A stretch of DNA of 63,955 nucleotides, counting the filler, from Barthelona sp. PAP020 (lineage: Eukaryota): the NCBI GenBank assembly GCA_040182905.1. It is 5 parts of 5 records of this genome, joined end to end, with 100 filler letters (N's around TTAATTAATTAA, not from the genome) between each part and the next. Parts side by side here need not be neighbours in the genome. Positions count along the whole stretch, not along the records: positions 1 to 13,993 come from JARQWU010000309.1; positions 14,094 to 28,075 come from JARQWU010000310.1; 3 more parts are not named here. The stretch is one strand, 5' to 3'. A program made the translations under genes and the position numbers. Numbering within the stretch: the stretch's first letter is position 1; the number at the start of each line of letters is the position of its first letter. The notes under the pieces are model-generated. The model saw nothing but the letters and a program-made list of their open reading frames with translations, had not been told where the DNA came from and ran no database searches. Positions 12,452 through 22,947 of this stretch are shown piece after piece.

Positions 12452-13447
12452 CTATAAATCATCAAAATTACCATTGGCAATATTATCAAGCATGTTTGAT
12501 AAGAAGGAAACTTCTTCATCTTTCAAATTTAATTTTTCATTGTCTAAATATGATTTTTCAATGAAAAGTTGATTATTCTCCTTTAAATTTGATAAATCAA
12601 AGGAGAGGTCATTCACTGTTTGAATACATTCATTCACTTTTGCCATAATTTTTTTTTCTCTTTCAACTGTTTCGACAGGATTGAACTGACCATATTGATT
12701 ATCAATTTTATATGTTTGATTTAATAGATGCTCTTGAATTCTTTGAACTTCTTTTAGTTCTTGTAGACTCAATTGTATATGATTTTCAACATCCCTAATA
12801 CGACCATTGAAATTTTCAGAATTTTCAGAATTTAATGTTTCAAAGCTTTTTTCATGCTCAATTATTTTATTTTGTAGGTGAATTAGCTTTTGATTATCAG
12901 CCAAACTTTGTTTTGTCATAGATTGTGCAATTTCTTGCTTCAATTCCGTTTTAAAGTCAATTAATTCTTGTTTTAACTCATGTCTTAAATTTTCAATTTC
13001 TTCTTTAATTTCTATTTTAAAATTGGCGAAATCATCTTTTATGATGGTCAATTTTTGTTCTACATTTAATATTTTTTGACCATTTGCATCAACTAAGTTG
13101 AGTTTGTTTTCAATCTCTTTGGATAGATAATCTAACAATTCCATTTTATTTTGAGTTTGGGTTTCAAGTATAAATTTCTCATTAGTATTTGTTTTTTCAA
13201 ATAATTGAGTAACACTATTGTTTAAAGAACCTAATTGTTGATTTATTGATAAAGAATAATTTTCTTGATCTTTTTCCAACTTAGACATTTGAGTTTGAAT
13301 TAAACCATTGGTTTTTTGATTTAAATGAATTCTATTATCAAAATCTCGTAAACTCTTTGTCAATTCATTGATTTGAATATCTGTTTGACTTAATTTTTCC
13401 AACTCTTTTTCTAATAACCGTCCATACGTATTCACATCCGCCATCAT
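12452..13447 (-). CDS. Coiled-coil hypothetical protein
   Basis: ~330-codon ORF rich in heptad-like E/K/L/Q/N; ATG at 13447. Confidence 0.7.
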   Translation of the reverse strand: MMADVNTYGRLLEKELEKLSQTDIQINELTKSLRDFDNRIHLNQKTNGLIQTQMSKLEKDQENYSLSINQQLGSLNNSVTQLFEKTNTNEKFILETQTQNKMELLDYLSKEIENKLNLVDANGQKILNVEQKLTIIKDDFANFKIEIKEEIENLRHELKQELIDFKTELKQEIAQSMTKQSLADNQKLIHLQNKIIEHEKSFETLNSENSENFNGRIRDVENHIQLSLQELKEVQRIQEHLLNQTYKIDNQYGQFNPVETVEREKKIMAKVNECIQTVNDLSFDLSNLKENNQLFIEKSYLDNEKLNLKDEEVSFLSNMLDNIANGNFDDL

Positions 13448-13661
13448 TTTGAAATGAAAAAAAAGTTGAAAAAAAAAAACGCCCACATAACCTTTTTTGT
13501 TCAGTTGCATTTTCAGTCTATTTGACTCATTTGTTGTATTAATAAATTGATGACAATATTATTTACCAAAATAAATGCATATTCCTGCAACAACTCTTTT
13601 TATGTTCAAAAAAAAATACATATTTTTATATTTGATTTTGATAATGGCATGCAAAAGAAGA

Positions 13662-13993
13662 TCACTCTTGCGTGACTTTGCTCATGCTAATCATACCATT
13701 TTCATTAACTTCCCAAACACTCAATAATTGCATCCATTCATCATCTTTGACCGAAAAGTTTTGTTCTCTCAACATATCCCTCAAAACGCTTTCATGAATG
13801 AGTTCTTCTTCTTCTTGATATTGTTGATTCAATTCTAATCTTTGTAATGTTTCACTTAAAGGCTTATTAACAACAGATTCTGCTGTTCCGTGAATATTAG
13901 CCAAAAACTTTTCAGTAAATGGATCACATTCAAGCAATTCAAACATAAAGCCATTCAAATTCAAAACATTTCCTATTCTTAAATCTTCAACTC
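13662..13993 (-). CDS. Partial (3' end) EFHC/Rib72-like axonemal protein (DM10 domain end plus EF-hand-like region)
   Basis: EDLRIGNVLNLNGFMFELLECDPFTEKFL fits a DM10 C-terminus; EVNENGMIS is EF-hand-like; truncated by the linker. Confidence 0.6.
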
Positions 13994-14093
13994 NNNNNNN
14001 NNNNNNNNNNNNNNNNNNNNNNNNNNNNNNNNNNNNNTTAATTAATTAANNNNNNNNNNNNNNNNNNNNNNNNNNNNNNNNNNNNNNNNNNNN
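13994..14093. other. Artificial contig linker
   Basis: N44-TTAATTAATTAA-N44, with stops in all six frames. Confidence 0.98.
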
Positions 14094-14189
14094 TTCAACA
14101 GATCAATCGGGCCTCGAAAGCCTTTAACCAAATAAACACTATTCTTTCTTATTCACTCATACGCACAGTGCTTCTTGGCTTGGAAATAA
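14094..14189 (+). repeat. Dispersed repeat copy at contig start
   Basis: Near-identical to 56759-56854 (TTCAACAGATCAATCGGGCCTCGAA...CATACGCACAGTGCTTCTTGGCTTGGAAATAA); related to ~38878 and ~42050. Confidence 0.9.
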
Positions 14190-14707
14190 TCAATTAAACA
14201 AATAATATTGAAAAAAGTAAGAACGTTTATCATTTACATTAACTTAGTCTGCTGCTTTTGATCAACTGAATTACGATTGAATATTTATAAAATTTTTTAT
14301 AATCATTAAACAAACTTTTTTAAAGAGAAACACATGCGGAATGTTTCAAAAGTGTCAATGATATACTGTTCAACCAGTTTTGAAACTACAATATTGGAAT
14401 AAATCCAAAATTCAATTTCTTTCTTGTCAAGCAAACAATAAATATTCTGCTCTAGCTTATCTCACTATCTCACTCACTTTTATTGAACAAAAAAGAACCT
14501 AAAGTTATAGTAAATTATTTTGGTCTTTTTCATCCAAACAAAAAAAAAGAAAGAAATTTTATTGATCTATTTTAACAACTCTTTAATTCAATAAAGACAC
14601 AAACAAATATTTATCCTCCAAAGTTGATGAGAATGAAATATTTGAAGGACTTTTAAGGATAGGATAGGTGGTTTTTTTGTTCATATTTTTGTTCTTTTTT
14701 CACCGAA

Positions 14708-17700
14708 TCAAGACTCCTTTTCTTCTTCACTTGTGGAATTTTCAGAGACGTATTCAGAATGAAAAGTGCTTATTTTTTGAGAAGATTCATTGATTTCTGA
14801 CTCAGTACGAGACATTTCTAAAGGTGAAACATAAAAAGGAGATACTCTCGGTTTATCAATCAGTTCCGAAGCTAATAACATCTCATTAAGTTGTGCAGCT
14901 AAATCTATTTCAATGGAACTACTCTTTTTTATTGTTTTATTCCTGGTAAATGGGTCTAAAAACACATCATCTACATTGTTATCATCATCAATTTTGGTTA
15001 TCACCATAGGCACAACTGTTTTTTCAAATAAAGAAAAATCAGATGGTGTAGTGTCTGTTTCCTCATTGATATCACTATCAATCAACGAAACACTAAATTG
15101 AGAAGAAGAAAAGTTATTTTCTTCACTAAAACTATCATTCTTAATCAATGAAACTTCAAATTCTGTGTCACTTAAAAAATCTTTCTTTTCATCAATATCA
15201 CCATCAATATCAATCTGATCTAAAGCAGTTGTTTCAAGTAGATCAAGATTTCTTTGAGAATTTGGTGAAATGGGGGAAGATTGTGAGCTCAATGAGTCAT
15301 TAAGAACCCCTAACTTGTTTTGCTCTTGTTTTATTTGACTATAAGAAACAAAAGTAGAAGGGACAGATGTTAACCCAACATCCTTCAGTCTTGATTGCAG
15401 TTCCGACTCAATATTTATGGTAAGAGTGGGATGAATCTCTTTCTTTCTCCTTGATCCACCATTTATAGTGAATTTATTATGTTGTCCAGATTTTGGATCA
15501 TCCTGATCCAAAAAGCTTGGTATATAAGAATCTTTGTTTAAATTCCCCGAAGAGCTATTTTCTATCGGAATTGATGAGCTATTGGATCGATAACTGTTTG
15601 TTATTTGATCCAGTGAAGAAATAGATGATGATGCAATAGAGTGATCTGAAGGAAATAGGCTGCTAATTTCTGACCCATCAGTATCAACTAAAGACACTTT
15701 TGAAGGATTTAGATTTAAAACATTATGTGATAATTTTGAACCAGCATGATAAAAGAAGTTTTCCTTAGCACTACGCATTGCTATCGTTGAAGGGGTTGAT
15801 GTGATGGAAAGCAACGATCCAACATGTCTGATGATATTAGAAGAGACAATATTTAGATCAAATTTATCTTTCAACAGTTCCAAAGAATTGAATAATACGG
15901 ATAAAATGTACTTACTTGCATCAACAAAAGAAATATTTGCAAATTCCCTTGCTGAAGACACCTCAAGCAAATAAATATTAGACCCAAAAGGCAATTTTGA
16001 AATGAGAATGATTGCAGGTGAAACTTCATCTTTCATTGAAACTTTTGTCAAAAAATGTTTACCTGCAAGCTGTTGTATCATTAGAAACCAGATGTCTCGT
16101 TCATATTGACAAAGGTTCAAATCAACATTTAACGCTTCTTGTGTTTGATTTTTTATCTCATAAAAGAAGTTAGTTAAGGTGAAATACTCCAATAATTTTT
16201 GGTTGGAAAAAACGGTCAACATATCAATAAACTCAATGTTTGCTCCAATATTTGAAAAATATGAAGATTTTCCAATGTTTTCCATTTCACATTTAAAAAC
16301 TAATGAAGGTTTACGACAATATTTCAAAAACTTTTCAACTTTTTCTTTAAATCCAACAAGATGTGGTGAAACAGTTATTTCTTCAATATTTGTAAGTAAA
16401 GCAAGATAATATGCTTTGTGAGACAGTTCCAAAGACCCAATCGATATCTCAACTTTAAATTGTCGATTGACATTTTCACTGCTATTATCACCATTGTTTT
16501 TTTGACCTTGAGTTTGTGCAGTTGTATCAACAACCATCAATTCAGTAACTCTCCAAGTCTTATTCAAAATATGTTCACGAATGAAATTGTCCTTAGTAGA
16601 CTTTGATGGAAAGAATTCGTGCACATGTTTACCAATAATTGAATTGGCTGTTAGTTGAACGAGTTTTGAAAAAGCAGAATTACTGTAAGTTATAACTCCT
16701 GACTCCAAACATAAAAACAAAGGGGTTTGAAGACTATCCCACAAAGACAAATACAATTTTGAAACTTGCTTAAGATGTGATTCACTCTTTCTTAATTCCG
16801 TCATATCTCGTATAACCAATTGAAATTTAGGTCCACTTTTAGATTTAAAACTGTTACCTTTATATCGTTTAGCGACTGAAGAATATCTATGACCAGCTGT
16901 ACTTTGAGATATGGAAGGCAATCCTATTGTATGAGTTGCTTGTTTATTATTGTTGTGCATACCATGTTGTTGAAAATGGTCATTGTTGACATTTGAATTC
17001 GCCGTATCAAAAGACATATATATTGGTAATTTATCTACCAAAGAAATAATTGCTACGTTTGCTAGAAAGACTACATCATCCGATTTTTTGAATATAAAGT
17101 TAAACTCGTGCATTCCCAAGACTTTGGTTTGTGCAACTTTGTTTTGAAACTCTGAAATATCATGTTCAAATTTGTGAATCTCGTCATCTTGATTCAAGCA
17201 AAAATCGCAACTTTTACAATTCACACAAAAATCTTTAAATGTCAATCTCCTGTTCTGATCATCATTAGAAATTCTGAATGTTTCTGGAAACGCCGAATTA
17301 AAATCTAAGATTTCCAAATCATCATTAATAACACATTGAGCATCAAAAGATAACACATACAATGAACTAAAAGCATTGTGTCTTTCTTGATGTGCTTGAC
17401 TCATAGAATTCAACAATTTGATCTGTGATTTTCCATGATTCCCATGATTCCCATTGATCTTCATATTTGTCTTCAAATTATCCCCAGTACCACGATTTCC
17501 ATTCCAGTACTTATCATTTTCATTCACAACAGAGGAAACACAATTATATTGAGTATTTACAGTGTCTAACAAATAACTGCTGAACCTGAGATATGGATCT
17601 GGATCAAAAGGACTTGTCAATAACCCTAATAGATGAATTTGGGTAAATAACTGGCCTTTTTCCCTCAATTGAGGATATTGAGTCTTAAATTTGAATTGAG

Positions 17701-19417
17701 CAAATGTAGCAATAAACCCTTGAGGTATCAATTGAGTCCAAGAATAGTTGTGAATAAGATCATAAAAAGGATAGATACATCTGGTTGAAACTGTGTCTTC
17801 TTCTTCTTCTATACTCTTCAACCATTTAAATAATTCAAAAACATACGTTTCTTTTGAGTTAACTTTGGTATTAAATTTGTGTAAAAGATTGTTATTGATG
17901 CCTACACCAATTGTACTCCTTGAAGAATTGTTATAAACCAAACGTGACTGATGATTTTGTGTATGTCCATGAATATGTCCATGAGCCATACCAGTAGTTG
18001 GATTATTTGTGTTGATACCATATTCATCCATTATTGCATCATTTAAATACGTTCCATTGTCTTCAAAGTATTGATTTCTCGTTATATCCATATTATTCTG
18101 TTCAATATTATGGTTTACATATGAAGATACAGAAGATAAGGTTGGTGAGGTTAAATCTTTAAATATCGTTGTATCAAATGACTTTAGATTGTCTAATATT
18201 AAATCAAAAGTCTGTTTAAAAAATACATTGACGTTACCATATTGAAACTCATTAAAATAATGTTTGATTATGTAAACTTTGCGTTCTAAAGAGTCAATGT
18301 AAGGAATTAGATCATAATGAATTAATATTTCAGGTTGATTAAACATGATATGCCATTGAAAAAATTGTTTACCAGTAATTAATTCATAATTCAAAGCTTT
18401 AAATAATTTTACGTCTTTAGTGCTCTTTAAAACTTTAGAAGAATGGTTTACGATCAATAAAAACAAAATAATAGAAGCTAATCGATTGAAATTTGAAACT
18501 TTTTCTATGGTCAATAAAGTTATCATTAAACTAAAGATTAAATAAGAAATATTCATCAAATATTCGGTCTTTAAAGTTTTAATATTCAAAAAAGATTGAT
18601 ATTTCGTAAAAACCAAAAATTTTGCTAACATTAAAAAATAAATCAATTGTACAAGATTCTTATACTCAAATATACTGATGTCAATAAAAGTTAATACAAT
18701 ATCATTCTTATCAATTAAACTATTTCCAACATTTACCAAAGTTATCAAAAAAATATTGAACAATAATTCAATCATACAATAAATAGAATCACTGCAATCA
18801 AATAATATCGAAAACTCACCAGTCAAACTTATACAAACTTGACTATAAATAAAAAGACAAAAAATTACATATATGATTAATCCAAACAAAGAAAAAAGAG
18901 CTTGCAATCCACGATAATTAATAACTTCAGAATTTTCAATAAAATATTGCGTACAACTATAAATAATGTTTTGCAGTAAAGGAAATGCTATTACATACGT
19001 TACAATCACTAATATCAACATTCCATAATAAATACGTACTTTTGTATTGTTTACTTCATGTTGTAATCTCAATTGTATGAAAATATCAACATAATAAACA
19101 AAAAATAAGATAAAAAAAATAACAATAAACCAACAAAAATATAAAAAAATCGAAGATGTAGTGAAATTAAACAATATAATATTCTTTATATGTAATATAA
19201 ATTCAATATTGAATTGTTTTGCAAAAGGTGATATTAATATCAAAAAATAACATAAAAATCGATATATATATATAAATAATGTTAAAAAATTATAATATTT
19301 GGAATTCAAAAATAAAAATCGAAATTTTAACCAAGAATCATTTGATAAACAACATAATGTCAATAATCCTTTGTAAGATGCAGTAGTTGGATAATTTTCC
19401 TTATTAATTTGTTTCAT
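14708..19417 (-). CDS. Large multi-pass membrane protein with PAS domains and a Ser-rich tail
   Basis: Several hydrophobic segments in the first ~330 aa; PAS-like DAQCVINDDLEILDFNSAFPETF and DSLQTPLFLCLESGVITYSNSAFSKL...IIGKHVHEFF. Confidence 0.75.
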   Translation of the reverse strand: MKQINKENYPTTASYKGLLTLCCLSNDSWLKFRFLFLNSKYYNFLTLFIYIYRFLCYFLILISPFAKQFNIEFILHIKNIILFNFTTSSIFLYFCWFIVIFFILFFVYYVDIFIQLRLQHEVNNTKVRIYYGMLILVIVTYVIAFPLLQNIIYSCTQYFIENSEVINYRGLQALFSLFGLIIYVIFCLFIYSQVCISLTGEFSILFDCSDSIYCMIELLFNIFLITLVNVGNSLIDKNDIVLTFIDISIFEYKNLVQLIYFLMLAKFLVFTKYQSFLNIKTLKTEYLMNISYLIFSLMITLLTIEKVSNFNRLASIILFLLIVNHSSKVLKSTKDVKLFKALNYELITGKQFFQWHIMFNQPEILIHYDLIPYIDSLERKVYIIKHYFNEFQYGNVNVFFKQTFDLILDNLKSFDTTIFKDLTSPTLSSVSSYVNHNIEQNNMDITRNQYFEDNGTYLNDAIMDEYGINTNNPTTGMAHGHIHGHTQNHQSRLVYNNSSRSTIGVGINNNLLHKFNTKVNSKETYVFELFKWLKSIEEEEDTVSTRCIYPFYDLIHNYSWTQLIPQGFIATFAQFKFKTQYPQLREKGQLFTQIHLLGLLTSPFDPDPYLRFSSYLLDTVNTQYNCVSSVVNENDKYWNGNRGTGDNLKTNMKINGNHGNHGKSQIKLLNSMSQAHQERHNAFSSLYVLSFDAQCVINDDLEILDFNSAFPETFRISNDDQNRRLTFKDFCVNCKSCDFCLNQDDEIHKFEHDISEFQNKVAQTKVLGMHEFNFIFKKSDDVVFLANVAIISLVDKLPIYMSFDTANSNVNNDHFQQHGMHNNNKQATHTIGLPSISQSTAGHRYSSVAKRYKGNSFKSKSGPKFQLVIRDMTELRKSESHLKQVSKLYLSLWDSLQTPLFLCLESGVITYSNSAFSKLVQLTANSIIGKHVHEFFPSKSTKDNFIREHILNKTWRVTELMVVDTTAQTQGQKNNGDNSSENVNRQFKVEISIGSLELSHKAYYLALLTNIEEITVSPHLVGFKEKVEKFLKYCRKPSLVFKCEMENIGKSSYFSNIGANIEFIDMLTVFSNQKLLEYFTLTNFFYEIKNQTQEALNVDLNLCQYERDIWFLMIQQLAGKHFLTKVSMKDEVSPAIILISKLPFGSNIYLLEVSSAREFANISFVDASKYILSVLFNSLELLKDKFDLNIVSSNIIRHVGSLLSITSTPSTIAMRSAKENFFYHAGSKLSHNVLNLNPSKVSLVDTDGSEISSLFPSDHSIASSSISSLDQITNSYRSNSSSIPIENSSSGNLNKDSYIPSFLDQDDPKSGQHNKFTINGGSRRKKEIHPTLTINIESELQSRLKDVGLTSVPSTFVSYSQIKQEQNKLGVLNDSLSSQSSPISPNSQRNLDLLETTALDQIDIDGDIDEKKDFLSDTEFEVSLIKNDSFSEENNFSSSQFSVSLIDSDINEETDTTPSDFSLFEKTVVPMVITKIDDDNNVDDVFLDPFTRNKTIKKSSSIEIDLAAQLNEMLLASELIDKPRVSPFYVSPLEMSRTESEINESSQKISTFHSEYVSENSTSEEEKES

Positions 19418-19617
19418 CCATCAATAATTTTAGTATAAAATATAATTTTTCACAAGTCTGATGGAAACAAAATTTTTTCATTTCCTTTCTTTTTTCAATC
19501 ATTATTTGATAATTGATTTGTATTTTTATTTAATTACATTTTAATTTATTAAATTCATATTATTTTTATTTGGATTTATGTTCATAAAAATTGTGTTTTT
19601 CATTTATTCATTTTAAA

Positions 19618-20157
19618 ATGTTATCTAATAATGATAATGATAGAATTACGATACGAGGTGTAGTTTTAGGTGCATCAAATACTGGAAAAACATCTATAAT
19701 TCATCAATTTGTGAGTAGTAGATTTATTCAACCTTTTAAACCATTGATAGGTGTAGATTTACAATTTAAAAAAATGAAAATAAACAATAGAAAAGTTGAA
19801 TTTGTTCTATTTGATCATGATGGACAATATCGATATGAATCGGTTATTAGACATTTGTTTAACAGGGTAAATATTGTGTGTTTAGTTTTTGATTTGTCTG
19901 ATATTAATAGCTTCACTCAGTTATCAGATTTGATTAATATTGCTCAACGGTTTACAAATCCAGATACATTTTTGATGGTTATTGGCAATAAAAGTGATTT
20001 ACCGATAGCTGTTGATGAAATTGAAATTCAAGAATTTTGTAATCGGTTTAACGTATGCTTTCGAAAAGCTTCTGCCAAAACAGGTGAAAATATATCCAGC
20101 ATTTTCGTTGAAATAGCCTTGAATATAATTAATATTGAGGGTGGCCCCGAAGCTTGA
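19618..20157 (+). CDS. Divergent Rab-family small GTPase
   Basis: GASNTGKTS, IGVD, DHDGQ, GNKSDL, SAKTG; ATG at 19618. Confidence 0.88.
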   Translation: MLSNNDNDRITIRGVVLGASNTGKTSIIHQFVSSRFIQPFKPLIGVDLQFKKMKINNRKVEFVLFDHDGQYRYESVIRHLFNRVNIVCLVFDLSDINSFTQLSDLINIAQRFTNPDTFLMVIGNKSDLPIAVDEIEIQEFCNRFNVCFRKASAKTGENISSIFVEIALNIINIEGGPEA

Positions 20158-20463
20158 GGGAAGAAGTTGTTTATATTGTATGTTGATTTTTAAATTTGTG
20201 TTTTATGATTTTCCAAGTTTTTCTGAAAGAAAGCAATTTGATTGATTTGTTGAAGAAACAAGTATCTAATTATGCAACGATTATAAATTTGTTACTTTTT
20301 AAAAATGTATCATTGAACTGACCTTTCCACCTTTTAAAAAAGGGTTTTATCACTGAGTTGATAGTTCTACATGAATAAAGATTTTGGTCTATTACAAAAA
20401 ATTGTTTTTTTTTTTACAAATTTTAAATTATTTTCAAATAATATAATGAACAGAAGATTCACA

Positions 20464-22872
20464 TTACAAAAGAGGAGGAGGTTGTTTAATTTTTTTATTT
20501 TTGTTTATTGTTGAAGTTTCAAATGATTCTTGTAGATTATCATTGCCATTTACTGTGTCAAAAAGGTTTGAAGTAGAACCTGTGGTATTTGCTAAATTAA
20601 AACGATTTCGTGACATTCTAGTCTGTAGCTTACGTAACGTTTCATATAATTCCAAAATTACATTAGATTGAGCTTCTGATTTGAATATCAATTCTTCTTT
20701 ATCAAGTTCTAATTGTTTTGTATAAGCTTGAAGATCTTTCATTGATTGATTTGAAGTGTTAAATAATTTAAATGCTTCAATTTTATTGATTAGATATGTT
20801 CTTTGTAATTGATCATCAGAAAATCCAATAAAATCTTTAGCACCAGCAAGATCAGAATAATTACCTGATATCTTTTCTTCAACACCTTTAAAATCATAGT
20901 TTGAAAGATCTAAAATCGTTCTCAATTGAGAAATTTCATACTCTTGTCCTTTATTCTTTGCTTCCAAAAATTTCAATTCACGATGAAGGTCATTCATATC
21001 TTTCTTCAAAGATAAACATTCTTTGGTTTTTGAATTCAATTGATTAGCAAGAATATCAACAAATTTTAAAGATTTATCCAAAAGATCATCTTTATGTGCA
21101 CTATATAATTCTTCAAACATTTGATTTTTGATTTCATACTTTTCAAGAGAAAAATTCATTTTATTTTGTTTGAAAGATTGATTTCTCCATGCTCTAAATA
21201 CAGCAAGATGTAATCTAGAATCTCTATTCTTTTGTAACTTAGGAATCAAATAGTATCCACATTTTCTAGTATCCAAAACAGTTTTGCTATATCTTAACCA
21301 TTTCTTCAACAAACTTTGAAAATCATTCGTGCAATAATCTATTAATAAATTGATAAACTTCACTTTAGTAATCTTTTCATACCTTGCTTGAGCATGCCAT
21401 GTTCGTAAAACTTCAAGTTTTAATTTCTTTGCACCAGCCTCACGAAATTCACGTGTTTGTCGAGTTAATCTAGCCCAATTTCTCCATTCTCTCAATTGAA
21501 TAATTATCAATTCAAGAAAATCATCAGAAACACTTAATTTTTTCTTGTGAACACGTTGTGATCTACCAGAAGATAACGATTGTTGCTTTTGTTTACGCAT
21601 TAATTGATTCACATTTTCTCCAGACGCAGCTAGTAAAATCAAACTCTTTTCATTGAATTTTACCGTCAGTTGCCAAGCAGAAAAGCATTGTTTTACTATG
21701 TTTCCATAAAAATGTTTTCGTGCTTTCGATATGTTGTTAATTGCAGGCAATAAAACCCGCCAATATGTAAATATCTTTTTAGAATCATCAAGAAGGTGTT
21801 TTCTCTTTAAATTAATTATAAAATCTTTCAACATTCGATCATAAACCAATTGTTCCGTTAATTGAGTAACAGGAATCCCTTCATTAATCAATGTCCGTCT
21901 GGCCCTATCCAAATAATTTGCTCTTTCATTTAAAACGTATTTCCGAGAAAGTTTTCCTTGACTCAACTCTTTCCATCCCATAAATAAAGGAGAAACAGCT
22001 CTTTGCATCAACATATAATTGAAAGTTAATGCTTGTTTCGTCTTAACAACATTTATAGGTCGTGCTTGTCTCATATTATCAGAAAATGCTCTCAAACACA
22101 TCCTTAATAACTTTTTAGATGTTAACATACGAAACTTATGGACATTCACCAGAATGTCTTTTCGTACAGACATCCAATTGCCTAAAGTGGTTTTTATCAC
22201 TTCAGAAGAATAGATCTTTTGTTTATATTGTTTCAATAGCATGTGAAAAGCTTCATAAGTTGTCTTCATCCTGTACGTTCTCCATGCTTTCTGAATTATT
22301 ATGGCATGATTTTGTGCATTAATCTCTTCAGAATGTTTAAATAGATCAGTTAATTCACTAACTTTAGAATTAACTTCATGTAAAGAATTTTTTAATCTTA
22401 ATGGCGCCTCCGTCTGTTGTTTAGCTCTCAACAATATTATCACTTTGTTCATACTACGTATTTGATGATATAAATTTGAACAAATTTCTTGATAATATGA
22501 TAATTGCTCTTGTAACTGTTGAATTTGTCTGCGATCAGAGAGAGATGGCAAAGGTTCATTTAAAGTTTGAAATACACTCTTAATATTATCACTGCTATCA
22601 TTTGTTCGGATTGGTATGTTAGGTTGTTGTTTTACTTTGGAATTTCTTCTTGAAAAATGATCTATTAAAGACACATCATAAGATTCAATCCCATCATTTG
22701 AAATATTTAAAGGAGGAGGAGGAGGAAAATCAGTGGAAATAATCTCATCAATATCATTGTTAACTTGAAGAATATAATTTTCAAGGATATTTGCATCTGA
22801 TTTTCGATAATTTGCATTCCTCGCATTCACTGCTTTGGAAATTGTGGCCCTTTGCTTGTTAATGTTTTCCAT
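20464..22872 (-). CDS. IQ-motif / Sfi1-like Trp-repeat coiled-coil protein
   Basis: IQKAWRTY IQ motif and periodic F/L-x-x-W repeats (FMGWK, FTYWR, FSAWQ, LRTWH, FRAWR) typical of centrin-binding Sfi1 repeats. Confidence 0.6.
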   Translation of the reverse strand: MENINKQRATISKAVNARNANYRKSDANILENYILQVNNDIDEIISTDFPPPPPLNISNDGIESYDVSLIDHFSRRNSKVKQQPNIPIRTNDSSDNIKSVFQTLNEPLPSLSDRRQIQQLQEQLSYYQEICSNLYHQIRSMNKVIILLRAKQQTEAPLRLKNSLHEVNSKVSELTDLFKHSEEINAQNHAIIIQKAWRTYRMKTTYEAFHMLLKQYKQKIYSSEVIKTTLGNWMSVRKDILVNVHKFRMLTSKKLLRMCLRAFSDNMRQARPINVVKTKQALTFNYMLMQRAVSPLFMGWKELSQGKLSRKYVLNERANYLDRARRTLINEGIPVTQLTEQLVYDRMLKDFIINLKRKHLLDDSKKIFTYWRVLLPAINNISKARKHFYGNIVKQCFSAWQLTVKFNEKSLILLAASGENVNQLMRKQKQQSLSSGRSQRVHKKKLSVSDDFLELIIIQLREWRNWARLTRQTREFREAGAKKLKLEVLRTWHAQARYEKITKVKFINLLIDYCTNDFQSLLKKWLRYSKTVLDTRKCGYYLIPKLQKNRDSRLHLAVFRAWRNQSFKQNKMNFSLEKYEIKNQMFEELYSAHKDDLLDKSLKFVDILANQLNSKTKECLSLKKDMNDLHRELKFLEAKNKGQEYEISQLRTILDLSNYDFKGVEEKISGNYSDLAGAKDFIGFSDDQLQRTYLINKIEAFKLFNTSNQSMKDLQAYTKQLELDKEELIFKSEAQSNVILELYETLRKLQTRMSRNRFNLANTTGSTSNLFDTVNGNDNLQESFETSTINKNKKIKQPPPLL

Positions 22873-22947
22873 TCATATGTGTAAACAAAAATGAATATTT
22901 AACTCTCAATTGAATCATTTTTTTTTTCCATTCTTTGAATTATTTAC

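Noticed and set aside
14038..14049. TTAATTAATTAA palindrome recurring every ~14 kb
   Set aside because: Always embedded in N44 padding; a synthetic six-frame-stop linker
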